From assembly GCA_036374435.1 (NCBI GenBank), contig DASUTU010000123.1, positions 1,241 to 65,240 of the forward strand: 64,000 nt of DNA, read 5' to 3'. Numbering within the stretch: position 1 is the first letter of the stretch; the number at the start of each line of letters is the position of its first letter. The notes under the pieces were generated by a model. The model was not told the origin of the DNA. It did no database searches and worked only from the letters and a program-made list of their open reading frames with translations. This DNA comes from Actinomycetota bacterium. GTDB lineage: Bacteria; Actinomycetota; UBA4738; HRBIN12. The position numbers were made by a program, and so were the translations under genes. This document shows positions 27,151 to 37,223 of this stretch, one piece after another.

Positions 27151-30100
27151 TCATCCGGCCAGGGCCCGGACCTGGCGGACGGCCACGGTGACGGCGGCCA
27201 GGTCGCTGACCTCCTCGAGCACGAGCCCCCGCATGAAGCGGGCCAGTCGCCGCATGGGGTCCTCGTGCTTCTGCACGAAGGCGGCGACGGCTTCGTCCAC
27301 CGACCGCCCCTCGCCGTCCTCAAGCACTCGTTCGGCCAGGCGGCGGCGGGCCGTCAGCAGGTCGTCCTCGACCGCCTGGAGCGCCCACCGGTGCCACCTC
27401 GTGGCCGCCGGGACCTCCGACAGTCGCGACTCGAGCCAGTCGATGTAGGCGACGTCGCCGGCCGCGAAGAAGGCCCGCGCCACGTCCTCGACGGGCCGGC
27501 CGGACGAGGCGGCCACGCTGACCACGTCGGGGCCGTGCACGAGGAACGGTTCGATCACATGCCGCCGCGCCACCTCTTCGGGGACCCCCAAGTCCATCAG
27601 GCTCCACGTCTCCCGTTCCTGCTGCGTTCGCCACCCGTCGGGCGCCACCGAGAGCAGCGACTGGGTGAACCGGGTGAACGGCTCGCGATGGGCCTCGATC
27701 TCGCGCCCGAGGCGACCGGGGGCGTTCTGCAGGTACCAGCGGGCATTGACGGCCACGAGCCGGTCCACGCCGCTCATCAGTCGGTCGACCAGCGGCGGGT
27801 CCAGGGTGCCGAACAGGGACTCGATGGCCTCCCACCGCTTCACCGCACCGGTGACGTCACGGGCGATGCGGTAGGCACGAACGACGTCGGCGGGTTCGGC
27901 GCCGCTCTCGCTCACCACGCGGGACACGAACGTGATACCCATCGAGTTCACGACGTCGTTCGCGACGAGCGTCGCCACGAGCTCTCGACGTAGCGGATGC
28001 TCGGGCAGCAGGTGGTCGTAGCGCTCCACCAGCCTCGACGGGAAATACTCGCGTAGGTCCTGCTTGAGGTACAGCGAGTCGGGCAGCGACGACGCCAGGA
28101 GGGCGTCGCTCAGGCTCTGCTTCGCGTACGCGAGCAACACGGCGAGCTCGGGACGCGCCATCCCTCCGCCGGCCCGCCGGCGCTCCGCCATCTCCTCGGC
28201 GCCCGGGAGCGCCTCCAACGCTCGGTCCAGCAGCCCCGCGCCCTCGAGCGTCTGCATCAGGTCCTCGAACGCCTCCATCCGTCCGGCCGACAGGTCGGAC
28301 TCCTGCGACAGGATCTGCGCCTGGAGGAAGTTGTCGTGCAACACGTGCCGGACCACGTCCTCCTCGACGTCCTGGAGCAGCCGGTTGCGCTCCTCCAGGG
28401 TCAGCTCGCCTCGCTGCATGGCCAGGCCCAGGAGGATCTTCAGGTTGACCTCGTGGTCCGAGCAGTCCACCCCGCCGGAGTTGTCGATGAAGTCGGTGTT
28501 GATGCGCCCTCCCGCGAGGGCGAACTCGACCCGGGCCCGCTGGGTGAACCCGAGGTTCCCGCCCTCCGCCACCACTCGGCACCGAAGCTCGGACGCATCG
28601 ACTCGGAGCCCGTCGTTGACGCGGTCGCCGACGTCGGCATGAGACTCGCCGGAGGCCTTGACGTACGTGCCGATGCCGCCGTTGTAGAGCAGGTCCACCG
28701 GGGCTCGGAGGATGGCCCGGATGAGCTCGTTCGGCTCGAGCTCCGACTGCTCGATGCCGAGCGCGAGCCGGGCCTCGGGCGAGACCGGGATCGACTTGGA
28801 CGACCGCAGCCACACCCCGCCCCCCGGCGAGACCTTGGACCGGTCGTAGTCGTCCCAGCTCGACCCCGGAGTCTCGAACAGGCGCCGGCGCTCCGCATAC
28901 CCGACGGCGGGATTCGGCGCCGGGTCCACGAACACGTGGCGGTGATCGAACGCCGCCACCAGGCAGGTCTGGCGCGAGTACAACATCCCGTTGCCGAACA
29001 CGTCGCCCGACATGTCGCCGATGCCGACCACGGTGAACGGCTCGTCCGTCACGTCGGTGCCGATCTCGCGGAAGTGGCGCTTGATGGACTCCCACGCTCC
29101 GCGCGCCGTGATGCCGAGCGCCTTGTGGTCGTAGCCGGCCGAGCCGCCCGAGGCGAACGCGTCGCCCAGCCAGAACCCGTGTTCGGCGGCGACGGTGTTC
29201 GCGGTGTCCGAGAACGTCGCCGTTCCCTTGTCGGCCGCCACCACCAGGTAGGGGTCGTCCTCGTCGTACACGACCACGTGGTCCGGATGGACCACTCCGC
29301 CCTCCACGAGGTTGTCGGTCAGGTCGAGCAGGCCGTGCATGAACGCGACGTATTGCCTCGAGACCTCCTCGCGCAGCGCCCGCGGCTCGGTGATCTGGCG
29401 CTTCAGCACGAACCCACCTTTGGAGCCGGTGGGGACGATCACCGCGTTCTTGACCATCTGCGCCTTCATCAGGCCGAGTACCTCGGTGCGATAGTCCTGG
29501 CGCCGGTCCGACCACCGGATGCCGCCGCGGGCGACCTTGCCTCCGCGCAGGTGGATGCCCTCCACCTCGGTCGAATACACGAAGATCTCGTACCGGGGCG
29601 TGGGCTTCGGCATCTCCGGGACGTCGGCCGAGAGGAACTTCATCGCGAGGGTCGACGCCCGCGGCTTGAAGGCGTTCGTTCGCACCGTGGCGTCGATCAC
29701 CCCGAGCGCGTTGCGCAGGATCCGATCCTGCTCGAGCGAGACCACGGCGTCGAGATCGGCCTGGAGCTGGGCGCGGATCGACTCGACCGAGTCGGGATCC
29801 CGGGGACGAGTGGGATCGAACCGTTCCTCGAACAGTCGCACGAGATTGGCCGCGATATGCGGATGGGCGGCGAACGCCTCGTTCTTGTACTCGACCGGGA
29901 AGCTGGCGTTCACGCGATGGTGATACTTGCGGTAGGCGCGGAGGACCTGCACCTGCCGCCAGTCCAGGTCGGCGGTCACGACGAGCCGGTTCAGCGAGTC
30001 GAGCTCGCAGTCGCCCTTCCACACGGCCACGATCGAGTCCGCGATCCGCGCTCCGGTCCCCTCCACGTCGAGGGGGTGCTGGTCCGAGCCAAGGACGCCG

Positions 30101-31947
30101 AAGTCGTGCAGGTACCGCTCTTCGTCTCCCGGGAGCTGGGTCGGGATCTCCTCGACCACCCGCAGCCCGAGCGACTCGAGCGTCGGAACGAAGTCGGAGA
30201 GCTGGATCTTCCCCCCGATCTTGTACAGGCGGACCCTCGTCAGCGTGACGCCGTCGTTGGTCTCGTTCGACAACCCGACGATGAACGGTTCCCCGCTCGC
30301 GTCGAGCTCCTCGAACCGGAGGAGGTCCTCCGAGGCGAGCTCGACCGGCGTGATCGCCCGGTAGTGCTCGGGGAAGCGGTGCGCCCACCGGTCGAACAAG
30401 ACGCGGGCCCCCTCAAGCCCGTGGCGCTCGACGAGGTGTTCGTGCAGCCGGTCCTCCCACGTCCTGGCGATCTCGACGACCTCGTGCTCGAGCTCGTCGA
30501 ACGACACGTCCGGGATCTGGCCGACGGCCACGTGCACCGTGAAGTGGAGCTGGGCCAAGCCGCTCTCCCCGAACTCGAGGTGCTCGTCGATGGAGGACCC
30601 TTGGAACCGCTCGAGGAACAGGTCTTGGAGCCGTTGCCCGACCGCCGGCGTGTAGCGATCCTTGGGGAGCGTCACCAGGAGCGAGACGCTCCGGCCGTAG
30701 AGATCGCGGCGTACGAACAGCCGGACGTGTTGCTGCTCCTGCAGATGGAGCAGCTGCACGACCTGCGCCCGGATCTCCTCGGCCGAGGCCGCGAGCAGCT
30801 CGTCTTTGGGGTAACTCTCGTAGATCGAGACGATCGCCTTGTAGTCGTGGGATCCCTCGATCAGGTCCTCGGCCCCCAGGATCTGCTTGAGCTTTCGGGC
30901 CAGCACCGGAGTCCTGCTCGCCGGCTCCATGTACGCCTTCGAGGTGAACAGCCCGATCATCCGGGCCTCGCCCACGATCCGTCCGTCCGGCGAGACCTTC
31001 CGGACACCGATGTAGTCCATCCGAGCCCGGCGGTGGACCGTCGAGGGCCGGTTGGTCTTCGAGTAGATCAGCTGATCGCCGCCCTCGATGCGCGCTCGGA
31101 GTTTGGGCTCGATCCGCGCGAGCAGGACGGGCTTCTCGTACGCGGACCATCCCGACTTCGACAGGATCCCCAGGCCGCTCCCCGGCACGGCGGTGAGCGC
31201 TCGTCCGTCAGGCGTGTCCAGCAGGTCGTACTCGCGATAGCCGAGGAAGACGAAGTTCAGGTCGAGGAGCCACTCCAGGAACGCCACGGTCTCCTCGATC
31301 TCGTCGGCCGCATACATCTCCGCCCCGGCCCGGGCCGTCTCGATCATGCCCCGGAGCGCATTCCGCATCGCGTCGAAGTCGCGGACCGCGAGCAGGACGT
31401 CGCCGAGGATCCGACGGATCGCGTCCTCCAGCTCGACGGCCTTCGCGGAGGAGAGCCGCCGCCGGAGCTCGAAGTGCATCACCGACTCCCGTTCGCCGGT
31501 CTCGCGCACCGGGCGCACGCGGCGGATGCGGCCGTCGGGACCACGCTCGACGCCGATCACGGGGTGGATCACGCGCCGGATCTGGAGCCCCCTCGCCTCG
31601 AGCTCCTCCTCCACCGAGTCGAACAGGAACGGGGCGTCGACGCTGTTGGTCTGGAGCACCGTGCCGAGGGCCTGGAAACCGTCCCGGACCCTCGTCGGGG
31701 TGAACACGCGCACGGCCACCTCGCCCGATGGCCGGGCGTCGGCGAGATCAAACGCGCACCGGACGAGACCGGCCAGGTCGTCGGCGCCGAGCTCCGCCAG
31801 GTCGTTGGGCGGCAGCCGCCGCGTGAACGCCGCGGCGAACGCGGCCGCGACCCCCACCCGCTCCGGCGGCACCTCGGACGCGATCCGCTCGACCACCCCG
31901 TCGAGCGCGGCCCGGGACGCCGGAGCGGCCTCGTCCGTCGCGCTCAC
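27151..31947 (-). CDS. NAD-specific glutamate dehydrogenase, large (about 1600 aa) Bac_GDH type
   Basis: 1598-aa ORF with high GC3. The catalytic region (KGGIRWSDRRQDYRTEVLGLMKAQMVKNAVIVPTGSKGGFV) and overall size are typical of the large NAD-GDH family. Confidence 0.92.
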   Translation of the reverse strand: MSATDEAAPASRAALDGVVERIASEVPPERVGVAAAFAAAFTRRLPPNDLAELGADDLAGLVRCAFDLADARPSGEVAVRVFTPTRVRDGFQALGTVLQTNSVDAPFLFDSVEEELEARGLQIRRVIHPVIGVERGPDGRIRRVRPVRETGERESVMHFELRRRLSSAKAVELEDAIRRILGDVLLAVRDFDAMRNALRGMIETARAGAEMYAADEIEETVAFLEWLLDLNFVFLGYREYDLLDTPDGRALTAVPGSGLGILSKSGWSAYEKPVLLARIEPKLRARIEGGDQLIYSKTNRPSTVHRRARMDYIGVRKVSPDGRIVGEARMIGLFTSKAYMEPASRTPVLARKLKQILGAEDLIEGSHDYKAIVSIYESYPKDELLAASAEEIRAQVVQLLHLQEQQHVRLFVRRDLYGRSVSLLVTLPKDRYTPAVGQRLQDLFLERFQGSSIDEHLEFGESGLAQLHFTVHVAVGQIPDVSFDELEHEVVEIARTWEDRLHEHLVERHGLEGARVLFDRWAHRFPEHYRAITPVELASEDLLRFEELDASGEPFIVGLSNETNDGVTLTRVRLYKIGGKIQLSDFVPTLESLGLRVVEEIPTQLPGDEERYLHDFGVLGSDQHPLDVEGTGARIADSIVAVWKGDCELDSLNRLVVTADLDWRQVQVLRAYRKYHHRVNASFPVEYKNEAFAAHPHIAANLVRLFEERFDPTRPRDPDSVESIRAQLQADLDAVVSLEQDRILRNALGVIDATVRTNAFKPRASTLAMKFLSADVPEMPKPTPRYEIFVYSTEVEGIHLRGGKVARGGIRWSDRRQDYRTEVLGLMKAQMVKNAVIVPTGSKGGFVLKRQITEPRALREEVSRQYVAFMHGLLDLTDNLVEGGVVHPDHVVVYDEDDPYLVVAADKGTATFSDTANTVAAEHGFWLGDAFASGGSAGYDHKALGITARGAWESIKRHFREIGTDVTDEPFTVVGIGDMSGDVFGNGMLYSRQTCLVAAFDHRHVFVDPAPNPAVGYAERRRLFETPGSSWDDYDRSKVSPGGGVWLRSSKSIPVSPEARLALGIEQSELEPNELIRAILRAPVDLLYNGGIGTYVKASGESHADVGDRVNDGLRVDASELRCRVVAEGGNLGFTQRARVEFALAGGRINTDFIDNSGGVDCSDHEVNLKILLGLAMQRGELTLEERNRLLQDVEEDVVRHVLHDNFLQAQILSQESDLSAGRMEAFEDLMQTLEGAGLLDRALEALPGAEEMAERRRAGGGMARPELAVLLAYAKQSLSDALLASSLPDSLYLKQDLREYFPSRLVERYDHLLPEHPLRRELVATLVANDVVNSMGITFVSRVVSESGAEPADVVRAYRIARDVTGAVKRWEAIESLFGTLDPPLVDRLMSGVDRLVAVNARWYLQNAPGRLGREIEAHREPFTRFTQSLLSVAPDGWRTQQERETWSLMDLGVPEEVARRHVIEPFLVHGPDVVSVAASSGRPVEDVARAFFAAGDVAYIDWLESRLSEVPAATRWHRWALQAVEDDLLTARRRLAERVLEDGEGRSVDEAVAAFVQKHEDPMRRLARFMRGLVLEEVSDLAAVTVAVRQVRALAG

Positions 31948-32071
31948 GGATTCATCGTACCCTTCACCTCCCGCCCACTTCCCGCCCGGCGGCCTGCCCG
32001 AGCTTCACTCCGGCCTCCAACCTGCCGACTCAGTTGAGGAGGAGCGGCCGGCTCACCCGGCCGATGCCGTG

Positions 32072-34252
32072 ATGCTCGATCTCGAGCCCGGGGATCGCCG
32101 GGCGGCGCAGGAAGACGATGAGCTGCGCTCCGTCGCCCAGCTCCGCTTCCTCCACGGCCTCGCCCCGCGCCTGAACGCGCTCGGTGACGTGGAGGCCATC
32201 GCCGGAGCCATCACCGACGAGCTGCGGACCCTGATCGACTACCACAACTGCCGCATCTACCTGCTGCAGAACGATGGGGTCACCCTGTGGCCCATCGTCT
32301 TCCGCGGTTCGCTGAGCGAATACGAAGGCGAGACACTCGACGAGCTCGTCACGGTGGTCGGCGAGGGCATCACCGGGCGGGCCGTGGAGAGCGGCTCGAC
32401 GTATTACGCCCCCGACGCCCTGAACGACCCGACCGCGGTGCAGATCCCCGGCACGTCGGAGATCGACGAGTCGGTGCTGGCGGTGCCCCTGTCCATCGGG
32501 GACCGGGTGACCGGCGTGATCGTTCTGTCGAGCCTCGGGATCGACCAGTTCGACCAGGAGGACGTCCGGGTCCTGGAGGTGCTGGCCTCCCACGCGGCGG
32601 TCGCGTTCGAGAACGCGCGGCTGCTGCAGCAGGAGCGCGAGGCGGCCAGGACGGCCTCGGCGCTGCTCGGCCTCTCGCAGGCGCTGACGGGGACCCGCGA
32701 CGTCGTGACGGTCCTGGAGCGGGTCACGGCCGCGGTTCCGTCGCTGGTCGAGGCCGAGGCGGTGGTCGCCTATCTTCGGGATCCGCAGACCGGCGGCTAT
32801 CGCCTCGCCACCCACCGCGGGCTCCCCGACGGCGTCCTCCGCAACGTCGAGCGGGTCGACCCGAAGATGGCGGCGGCGCTGCTCAATTCGGTGTCGCATC
32901 CGTTCCAGCTGGTCCCCGAGGACCTCGCGTGGGTGCCCCGCGGGTACCTGTTCTTCGACGAGCCGCGGGCCTGGTTGATCGTCCCGCTCCGTTGGGAGAC
33001 GGACGAGCTCGCGGTGGTCATCGCGGTGGCCCACGACGCCGAGGCCCGCTATACCGACCGTGACCTGACCTTGGCGCGTGGCATCGGCGACATCGCGTCG
33101 CTCGCACTCGGAAGCGCTCGGCGGTTCCACGAGCTGGAGCGGTTCCACGAGCTCGTGGACAGCCTGGACGCGATCTTCTGGGAGGCCGAGCCCCACAGCC
33201 TGCGGTTCACGTTCCGCTCGCGCAAGGCGTACACCACCCTGCTGGACGGGGGCGACGCCGACGCTCCGCCACCCGCGTGGGGGGACCACGTCCACCCCGA
33301 GGACCGGTCCCAGGCCGTCCGCGCGCTCCGCGAGAGCATCGCGACGCCCGGGCACCAGCTGAGCCTCGAGTACCGCGCGGCGGGACGGAACGGAGACCCG
33401 ATGTGGCTCCGGGACCTGGTCCACGTCACGACGTCTCCACAGGGCGAACCGGTCGTCCGAGGGTTGATCGTGGACATCACGGCCCGCAAGAAGGCGGAGG
33501 AAGCCCTTCGGCGCAGCGAGCAGAAGTATGCGGAGGCGTTCCGCAGGGAGCGGGAGGCCGCCCATCGGCTCCGGACCCTGGACGAGATGAAGAACACCTT
33601 CCTCCAGGCCGTATCGCACGACCTGCGGACCCCGCTCACCTCGATCCTGGGGTCGGCCGTGACCCTCGAACACGCGGGGTTCGAGATCCCGCGCGAAGAC
33701 GCGATCGACCTCCTGCACCGGATCGCGGCCAACGCCCGAAAGCTCGAGCGCCTGCTGTCGGACCTGCTCGACCTCGACCGGCTGCAACGAGGCATCGTCT
33801 CCCCGCAGCGGCGGCGGATCGACGTCGCCGAGCTCGTCACGCGGGTCGTCCGCGAGTCCGACATGCTCAACGGCCGGCAGATCGAGCTGGAGACGGATCG
33901 GGTGGTCGTGAACGTGGATCCGGCGAAGGTCGAGCGGATCGTCGAGAACCTCGTCGCCAACGCCGGGCGGCACACCCCTCCGGAGGCCCCGTTGTGGATA
34001 CGGGTGTGCGGCCAGGACGGCGGCGTCCTCCTCGCCGTCGAGGACGCCGGACCCGGCGTGGCGGACGACCTGAAAGAGGCCATCTTCGAACCCTTCCGCA
34101 GCGCCGAGCTGGCTCCCAGCCCGTCACCCGGGGTCGGCATCGGGCTGTCCCTGGTGGCGCGATTCGCCGAGCTCCACGGCGGACGGGCCTGGGTGGAGGA
34201 CCGGCCCGGGGGCGGGTCTTCCTTCCGGGTCTTCCTGCCCGACGCCGCCTGA
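32072..34252 (+). CDS. cytoplasmic sensor histidine kinase (GAF-GAF-PAS-HisKA-HATPase), orphan
   Basis: No TM segment. Two GAF domains, a PAS domain, H-box VSHDLRTPLTSI, and an ATPase domain (GVGIGLSLV). The start (ATG 32072 or GTG 32069) is uncertain and lacks a clear RBS. Confidence 0.85.
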   Translation: MLDLEPGDRRAAQEDDELRSVAQLRFLHGLAPRLNALGDVEAIAGAITDELRTLIDYHNCRIYLLQNDGVTLWPIVFRGSLSEYEGETLDELVTVVGEGITGRAVESGSTYYAPDALNDPTAVQIPGTSEIDESVLAVPLSIGDRVTGVIVLSSLGIDQFDQEDVRVLEVLASHAAVAFENARLLQQEREAARTASALLGLSQALTGTRDVVTVLERVTAAVPSLVEAEAVVAYLRDPQTGGYRLATHRGLPDGVLRNVERVDPKMAAALLNSVSHPFQLVPEDLAWVPRGYLFFDEPRAWLIVPLRWETDELAVVIAVAHDAEARYTDRDLTLARGIGDIASLALGSARRFHELERFHELVDSLDAIFWEAEPHSLRFTFRSRKAYTTLLDGGDADAPPPAWGDHVHPEDRSQAVRALRESIATPGHQLSLEYRAAGRNGDPMWLRDLVHVTTSPQGEPVVRGLIVDITARKKAEEALRRSEQKYAEAFRREREAAHRLRTLDEMKNTFLQAVSHDLRTPLTSILGSAVTLEHAGFEIPREDAIDLLHRIAANARKLERLLSDLLDLDRLQRGIVSPQRRRIDVAELVTRVVRESDMLNGRQIELETDRVVVNVDPAKVERIVENLVANAGRHTPPEAPLWIRVCGQDGGVLLAVEDAGPGVADDLKEAIFEPFRSAELAPSPSPGVGIGLSLVARFAELHGGRAWVEDRPGGGSSFRVFLPDAA

Positions 34253-34280
34253 CCCGACGACCCCGGCCCGGGAAAGGGGT

Positions 34281-34321
34281 GAGGGCCGGGAGGCGGTGGG
34301 GGACTGAACCTCCCGGCCCTC
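34281..34321. terminator. 13-bp stem hairpin GAGGGCCGGGAGG-N15-CCTCCCGGCCCTC between convergent genes
   Basis: Seen in the sequence between the kinase end (+) and the DsrE-like gene end (-). Confidence 0.5.
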
Positions 34322-34402
34322 GTTGTCGGGGTGCGATGGACTTATCCCGACACCCGTGGGCGATCCGGGGCGCGACCGCGTCGCGGCCCCGGACCCCCGA
34401 TC

Positions 34403-34930
34403 TCAGATGAACAAGGTCACGGCGTCCTGCGCCTCCATGAGCATCGTGGTGGCTCCGGCTGGCTCGGCCAGCCCGTCGATCATGTCCTCACGTTTGAGCC
34501 CGAGCAGGTCCATCGTCATCTGGCACGGCACGAGCTTCACGCCGAGCTCGACGGCCATCTCGAGCAGCTCGCCCGGGCTGGCGACCTTGTGGTCCTTCGC
34601 CAGGCGCTTCATCATCGCCGGCCCGGCTCCGGCGAAGTTCATCTGCCCCAGCTTCAGGTGGTCGATACCGGGGCGATCCATCATCGCCATCATCTTCTGC
34701 ATCCAGTTGTCGCCGGTGATGCGGCGGTTGTCCTTCACCACGGCGAAGAGCCCCCAGAACGTGAAGAAGACGGTGGTCTCCATGCCCATGGCGGCCCCGG
34801 TGGTGGCCATGATCATCTGCGGCCACACGCGGTCCAGGTCGCCGGACCAGGCGATGATCACCAGCCGCTGGTGAGGCGCGTGTGGATGGTCGTGCGCCGG
34901 GACCGTGAGCTCGGCCTCCTGAACGGTCAT
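34403..34930 (-). CDS. DsrE/DsrF-like (COG2210) sulfur-relay family protein
   Basis: ATG at 34930 after GGAAGGGGTGAGG. Product MTVQEAELTVPAHDHPHAPHQRLVIIAWSGDLDRVWPQMIMATTGAAMGMETTVFFTFWG... Confidence 0.7.
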   Translation of the reverse strand: MTVQEAELTVPAHDHPHAPHQRLVIIAWSGDLDRVWPQMIMATTGAAMGMETTVFFTFWGLFAVVKDNRRITGDNWMQKMMAMMDRPGIDHLKLGQMNFAGAGPAMMKRLAKDHKVASPGELLEMAVELGVKLVPCQMTMDLLGLKREDMIDGLAEPAGATTMLMEAQDAVTLFI

Positions 34931-34935
34931 CCGCC

Positions 34936-35169
34936 TCACCCCTTCCGGATCACGAACCGGTACACGCCGTCGGCCTCGCCGCTCTCGATGAGCTCGTTCT
35001 GGGTGCTCTTGCACCACGCGGCGAAGTCGGCGACCGAACCCGGATCGGTGGCGATGGCCTCGATCAGGTCGCCTGCCTCCAGTTCCTTGGTGGCCTGCGC
35101 CGTCTTGACGATCGGAAGCGGACAGGAAAGCCCCTTCAGGTCCAGGCTGCGCGCGATCTGCATGCTCAT
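34936..35169 (-). CDS. TusA-like sulfurtransferase (CPxP motif)
   Basis: MSMQIARSLDLKGLSCPLPIVKTAQATKELEAGDLIEAIATDPGSVADFAAWCK... RBS GGAAGGAG. The ATGA overlap with the upstream gene indicates coupling. Confidence 0.8.
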   Translation of the reverse strand: MSMQIARSLDLKGLSCPLPIVKTAQATKELEAGDLIEAIATDPGSVADFAAWCKSTQNELIESGEADGVYRFVIRKG

Positions 35170-36344
35170 GTCCGACTCCTTCCCGTGGGGATCGGCAGGG
35201 GCAGCTCGTCGGGCAGTCGCCCCTGCGGAACGGTCTCCCAGTAGATCCGGTTGAACATCCACTTGGCCGAGTGCCACAACAGGTTCGGCTGCGGTGGCGC
35301 CGGCGGGTGTTCGTAGTCGAAGCGCAACACGGTGGCCCGGCGGTCGCCGGTCTCGAGGAAACACATCACCCGGCCCCCGTAGTTCGTCTTCGGCGCGCTT
35401 CCCCGCACCAGGCTGGCGATCCGGCTGGCGACGACCGGCGCCTCGAAGTGCGCGGTCGACCCGCTCTTGCTGATCGGCAGGTTGGTGGCGTCACCCAGGG
35501 CGAAGATCCGCTCGTGCCCCTCGACCTGCAGGGTGTGCCGGTCGGTCGGCAACCATCCCGAGGCGTCCCCGAGGTGGGAGTCGATCACCACCTGCTGCCC
35601 GCGGTGCGGCGCGACGAGGACCAGGAGGTCGTACTCCTCCTTCTCGCCTTCGAGCGAGGACACGGTCTGCGCGTCCGGGTCGACCTCCTCGACGTTGAAG
35701 AAGGTCCGGAGCTCGATCCCGCGCTCCTCCATGATCGGCTGGATCACCTTGCTGGCCGACTCGATCGTGAAGGCCCGGTTCAGTGGCGACAGCAGCGTCA
35801 CGGAGCTGCGGTCCCGGATGCCCCGGCGGCGAAGGTACTCCTCGAGCATGAACACGAACTCCACCGGCGCCGGCGGGCACTTGTAGGGGATGCCCGCGAT
35901 GCCCACGAGGATGCGACCGCCGCGGAACCGTCGAAGGGCCTCGCGCAGGCGCTGGGCGTCGTCGAGCGAGTAGAAGCCGTGGGCGCCCGCGACCAGCCCG
36001 GGGATCTCCTGCGGCATCAGGCGGGCGCCCGTGGCCACGACGAGGTAGTCCCATTCCAGGCTCCCGCCGCGATGGAGCTGCACCGTGCCGACCTCGGGAT
36101 GGATCCGGACCGCCGGCTCGACCACCAGGTGCACGTCCTTGCGCAGCAGGGACCGTTCGTCGCGCACCAGCCAGCGGCCGTTGGCCTGGCCGAGCGCCAC
36201 GTACAGGTAGCCGGGTTGGTAGTGATGCATCCCCGTGGGGTCCACCACGGTGACCTCGGCCTCCCGGCCGAGGCTCTTGGACAGGAGGTTCGCGGCGAGC
36301 GTCCCGCCGACCCCCCCACCCAGCACCACCACCTGCGCGGGCAT
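35166..36344 (-). CDS. FAD-dependent pyridine nucleotide-disulfide oxidoreductase, sulfide:quinone oxidoreductase-like
   Basis: N-terminal GGGVGG FAD motif. Conserved Cys in KCPPAP and MCFLETGD. About 390 aa, the usual SQR size. Confidence 0.65.
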   Translation of the reverse strand: MPAQVVVLGGGVGGTLAANLLSKSLGREAEVTVVDPTGMHHYQPGYLYVALGQANGRWLVRDERSLLRKDVHLVVEPAVRIHPEVGTVQLHRGGSLEWDYLVVATGARLMPQEIPGLVAGAHGFYSLDDAQRLREALRRFRGGRILVGIAGIPYKCPPAPVEFVFMLEEYLRRRGIRDRSSVTLLSPLNRAFTIESASKVIQPIMEERGIELRTFFNVEEVDPDAQTVSSLEGEKEEYDLLVLVAPHRGQQVVIDSHLGDASGWLPTDRHTLQVEGHERIFALGDATNLPISKSGSTAHFEAPVVASRIASLVRGSAPKTNYGGRVMCFLETGDRRATVLRFDYEHPPAPPQPNLLWHSAKWMFNRIYWETVPQGRLPDELPLPIPTGRSRT

Positions 36345-36350
36345 CGGAGC

Positions 36351-36590
36351 TCAGCGGGCCTTCTGCACGACGAAGCGGGCGAAAGCGTCCTCCTCGACGA
36401 CCTCGACCATCTCGTGGCCGGCCTTCGAGATCCACGCCGGGATGTCGGTGCGAGAACCCTCGTCCGAGGACAACACCTCCAACACGTCGCCGACCGTCGC
36501 CTCACGGATCGCTCCGATCAGCGACATCAGCGGACCCGGGCACGGCATGCCTCGAGCGTCGATCGAGCGCGTCACGTTCGCCGTCGTCAT
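36351..36590 (-). CDS. TusA-like sulfurtransferase (CPxP motif), second copy
   Basis: MTTANVTRSIDARGMPCPGPLMSLIGAIREATVGDVLEVLSSD... RBS AAGGAGG. Confidence 0.8.
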   Translation of the reverse strand: MTTANVTRSIDARGMPCPGPLMSLIGAIREATVGDVLEVLSSDEGSRTDIPAWISKAGHEMVEVVEEDAFARFVVQKAR

Positions 36591-36604
36591 CGTCGCCTCC
36601 TTGG

Positions 36605-37009
36605 TCAGATGAAGGTCACGGGGCCGTCGACGTCCAGGAAGAACGACGCCACCCCCTCCTGGCCGTCGACGAGGGGATCCAGGTCGTCGACCGACAGGTC
36701 GAACATCTCCATCGAGAGCGAACACGCCTTGATGCCGACGTCGCCGATCTCTTTGGCCTGCCGGAGGATCTCGCTCCAGTGCTGCCCTCCGTGGCGCTGG
36801 TACGCCGCCAGCCCCTCGGCGCCCGCTTCGGGCGCGACCCCGTGTTCCTTGTGGATCCGGTCGGCCCGGAACGCGTCGAGGGCCCAGTACTGGAGGAACA
36901 CGTTCACTTTGCGGCCCATGGCCGCGGCACCGGCCGTCAGCACGGCGGCGGCGTTGAGCTTGTCGTCCGTACCCGAGAACAGCACCAGCGACAACGTGGT
37001 CTCGTCCAT
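36605..37009 (-). CDS. DsrE/DsrF-like sulfur-relay family protein, second copy
   Basis: MDETTLSLVLFSGTDDKLNAAAVLTAGAAAMGRKVNVFLQYWALDAF... The upstream 165 codons of the listed ORF are shadow. Confidence 0.65.
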   Translation of the reverse strand: MDETTLSLVLFSGTDDKLNAAAVLTAGAAAMGRKVNVFLQYWALDAFRADRIHKEHGVAPEAGAEGLAAYQRHGGQHWSEILRQAKEIGDVGIKACSLSMEMFDLSVDDLDPLVDGQEGVASFFLDVDGPVTFI

Positions 37010-37223
37010 CTCGCACCCCTGTGTGGGTTCACAACGTCGTACCGTTCGCCATGTACTGTCGCCGGAATCCGGGGGTGGGAAAGGGGTCGGTCCGCCCGGC
37101 CCGGACGGGACCTTCGGTCCGAACCGCGGGCACGAGGCAGTTCGTGGTCGGGAGTGGTCCGTTCGGCGGTTGTCTGCACCCCGGGGCAGCCGGTAGCGTG
37201 GCGCGGGTTCCCCGCCCCCTGCT

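Noticed and set aside
27857-32037. 843-aa and 1233-aa ORFs overlapping the NAD-GDH gene
   Set aside because: Shadow frames of the 1598-aa glutamate dehydrogenase.
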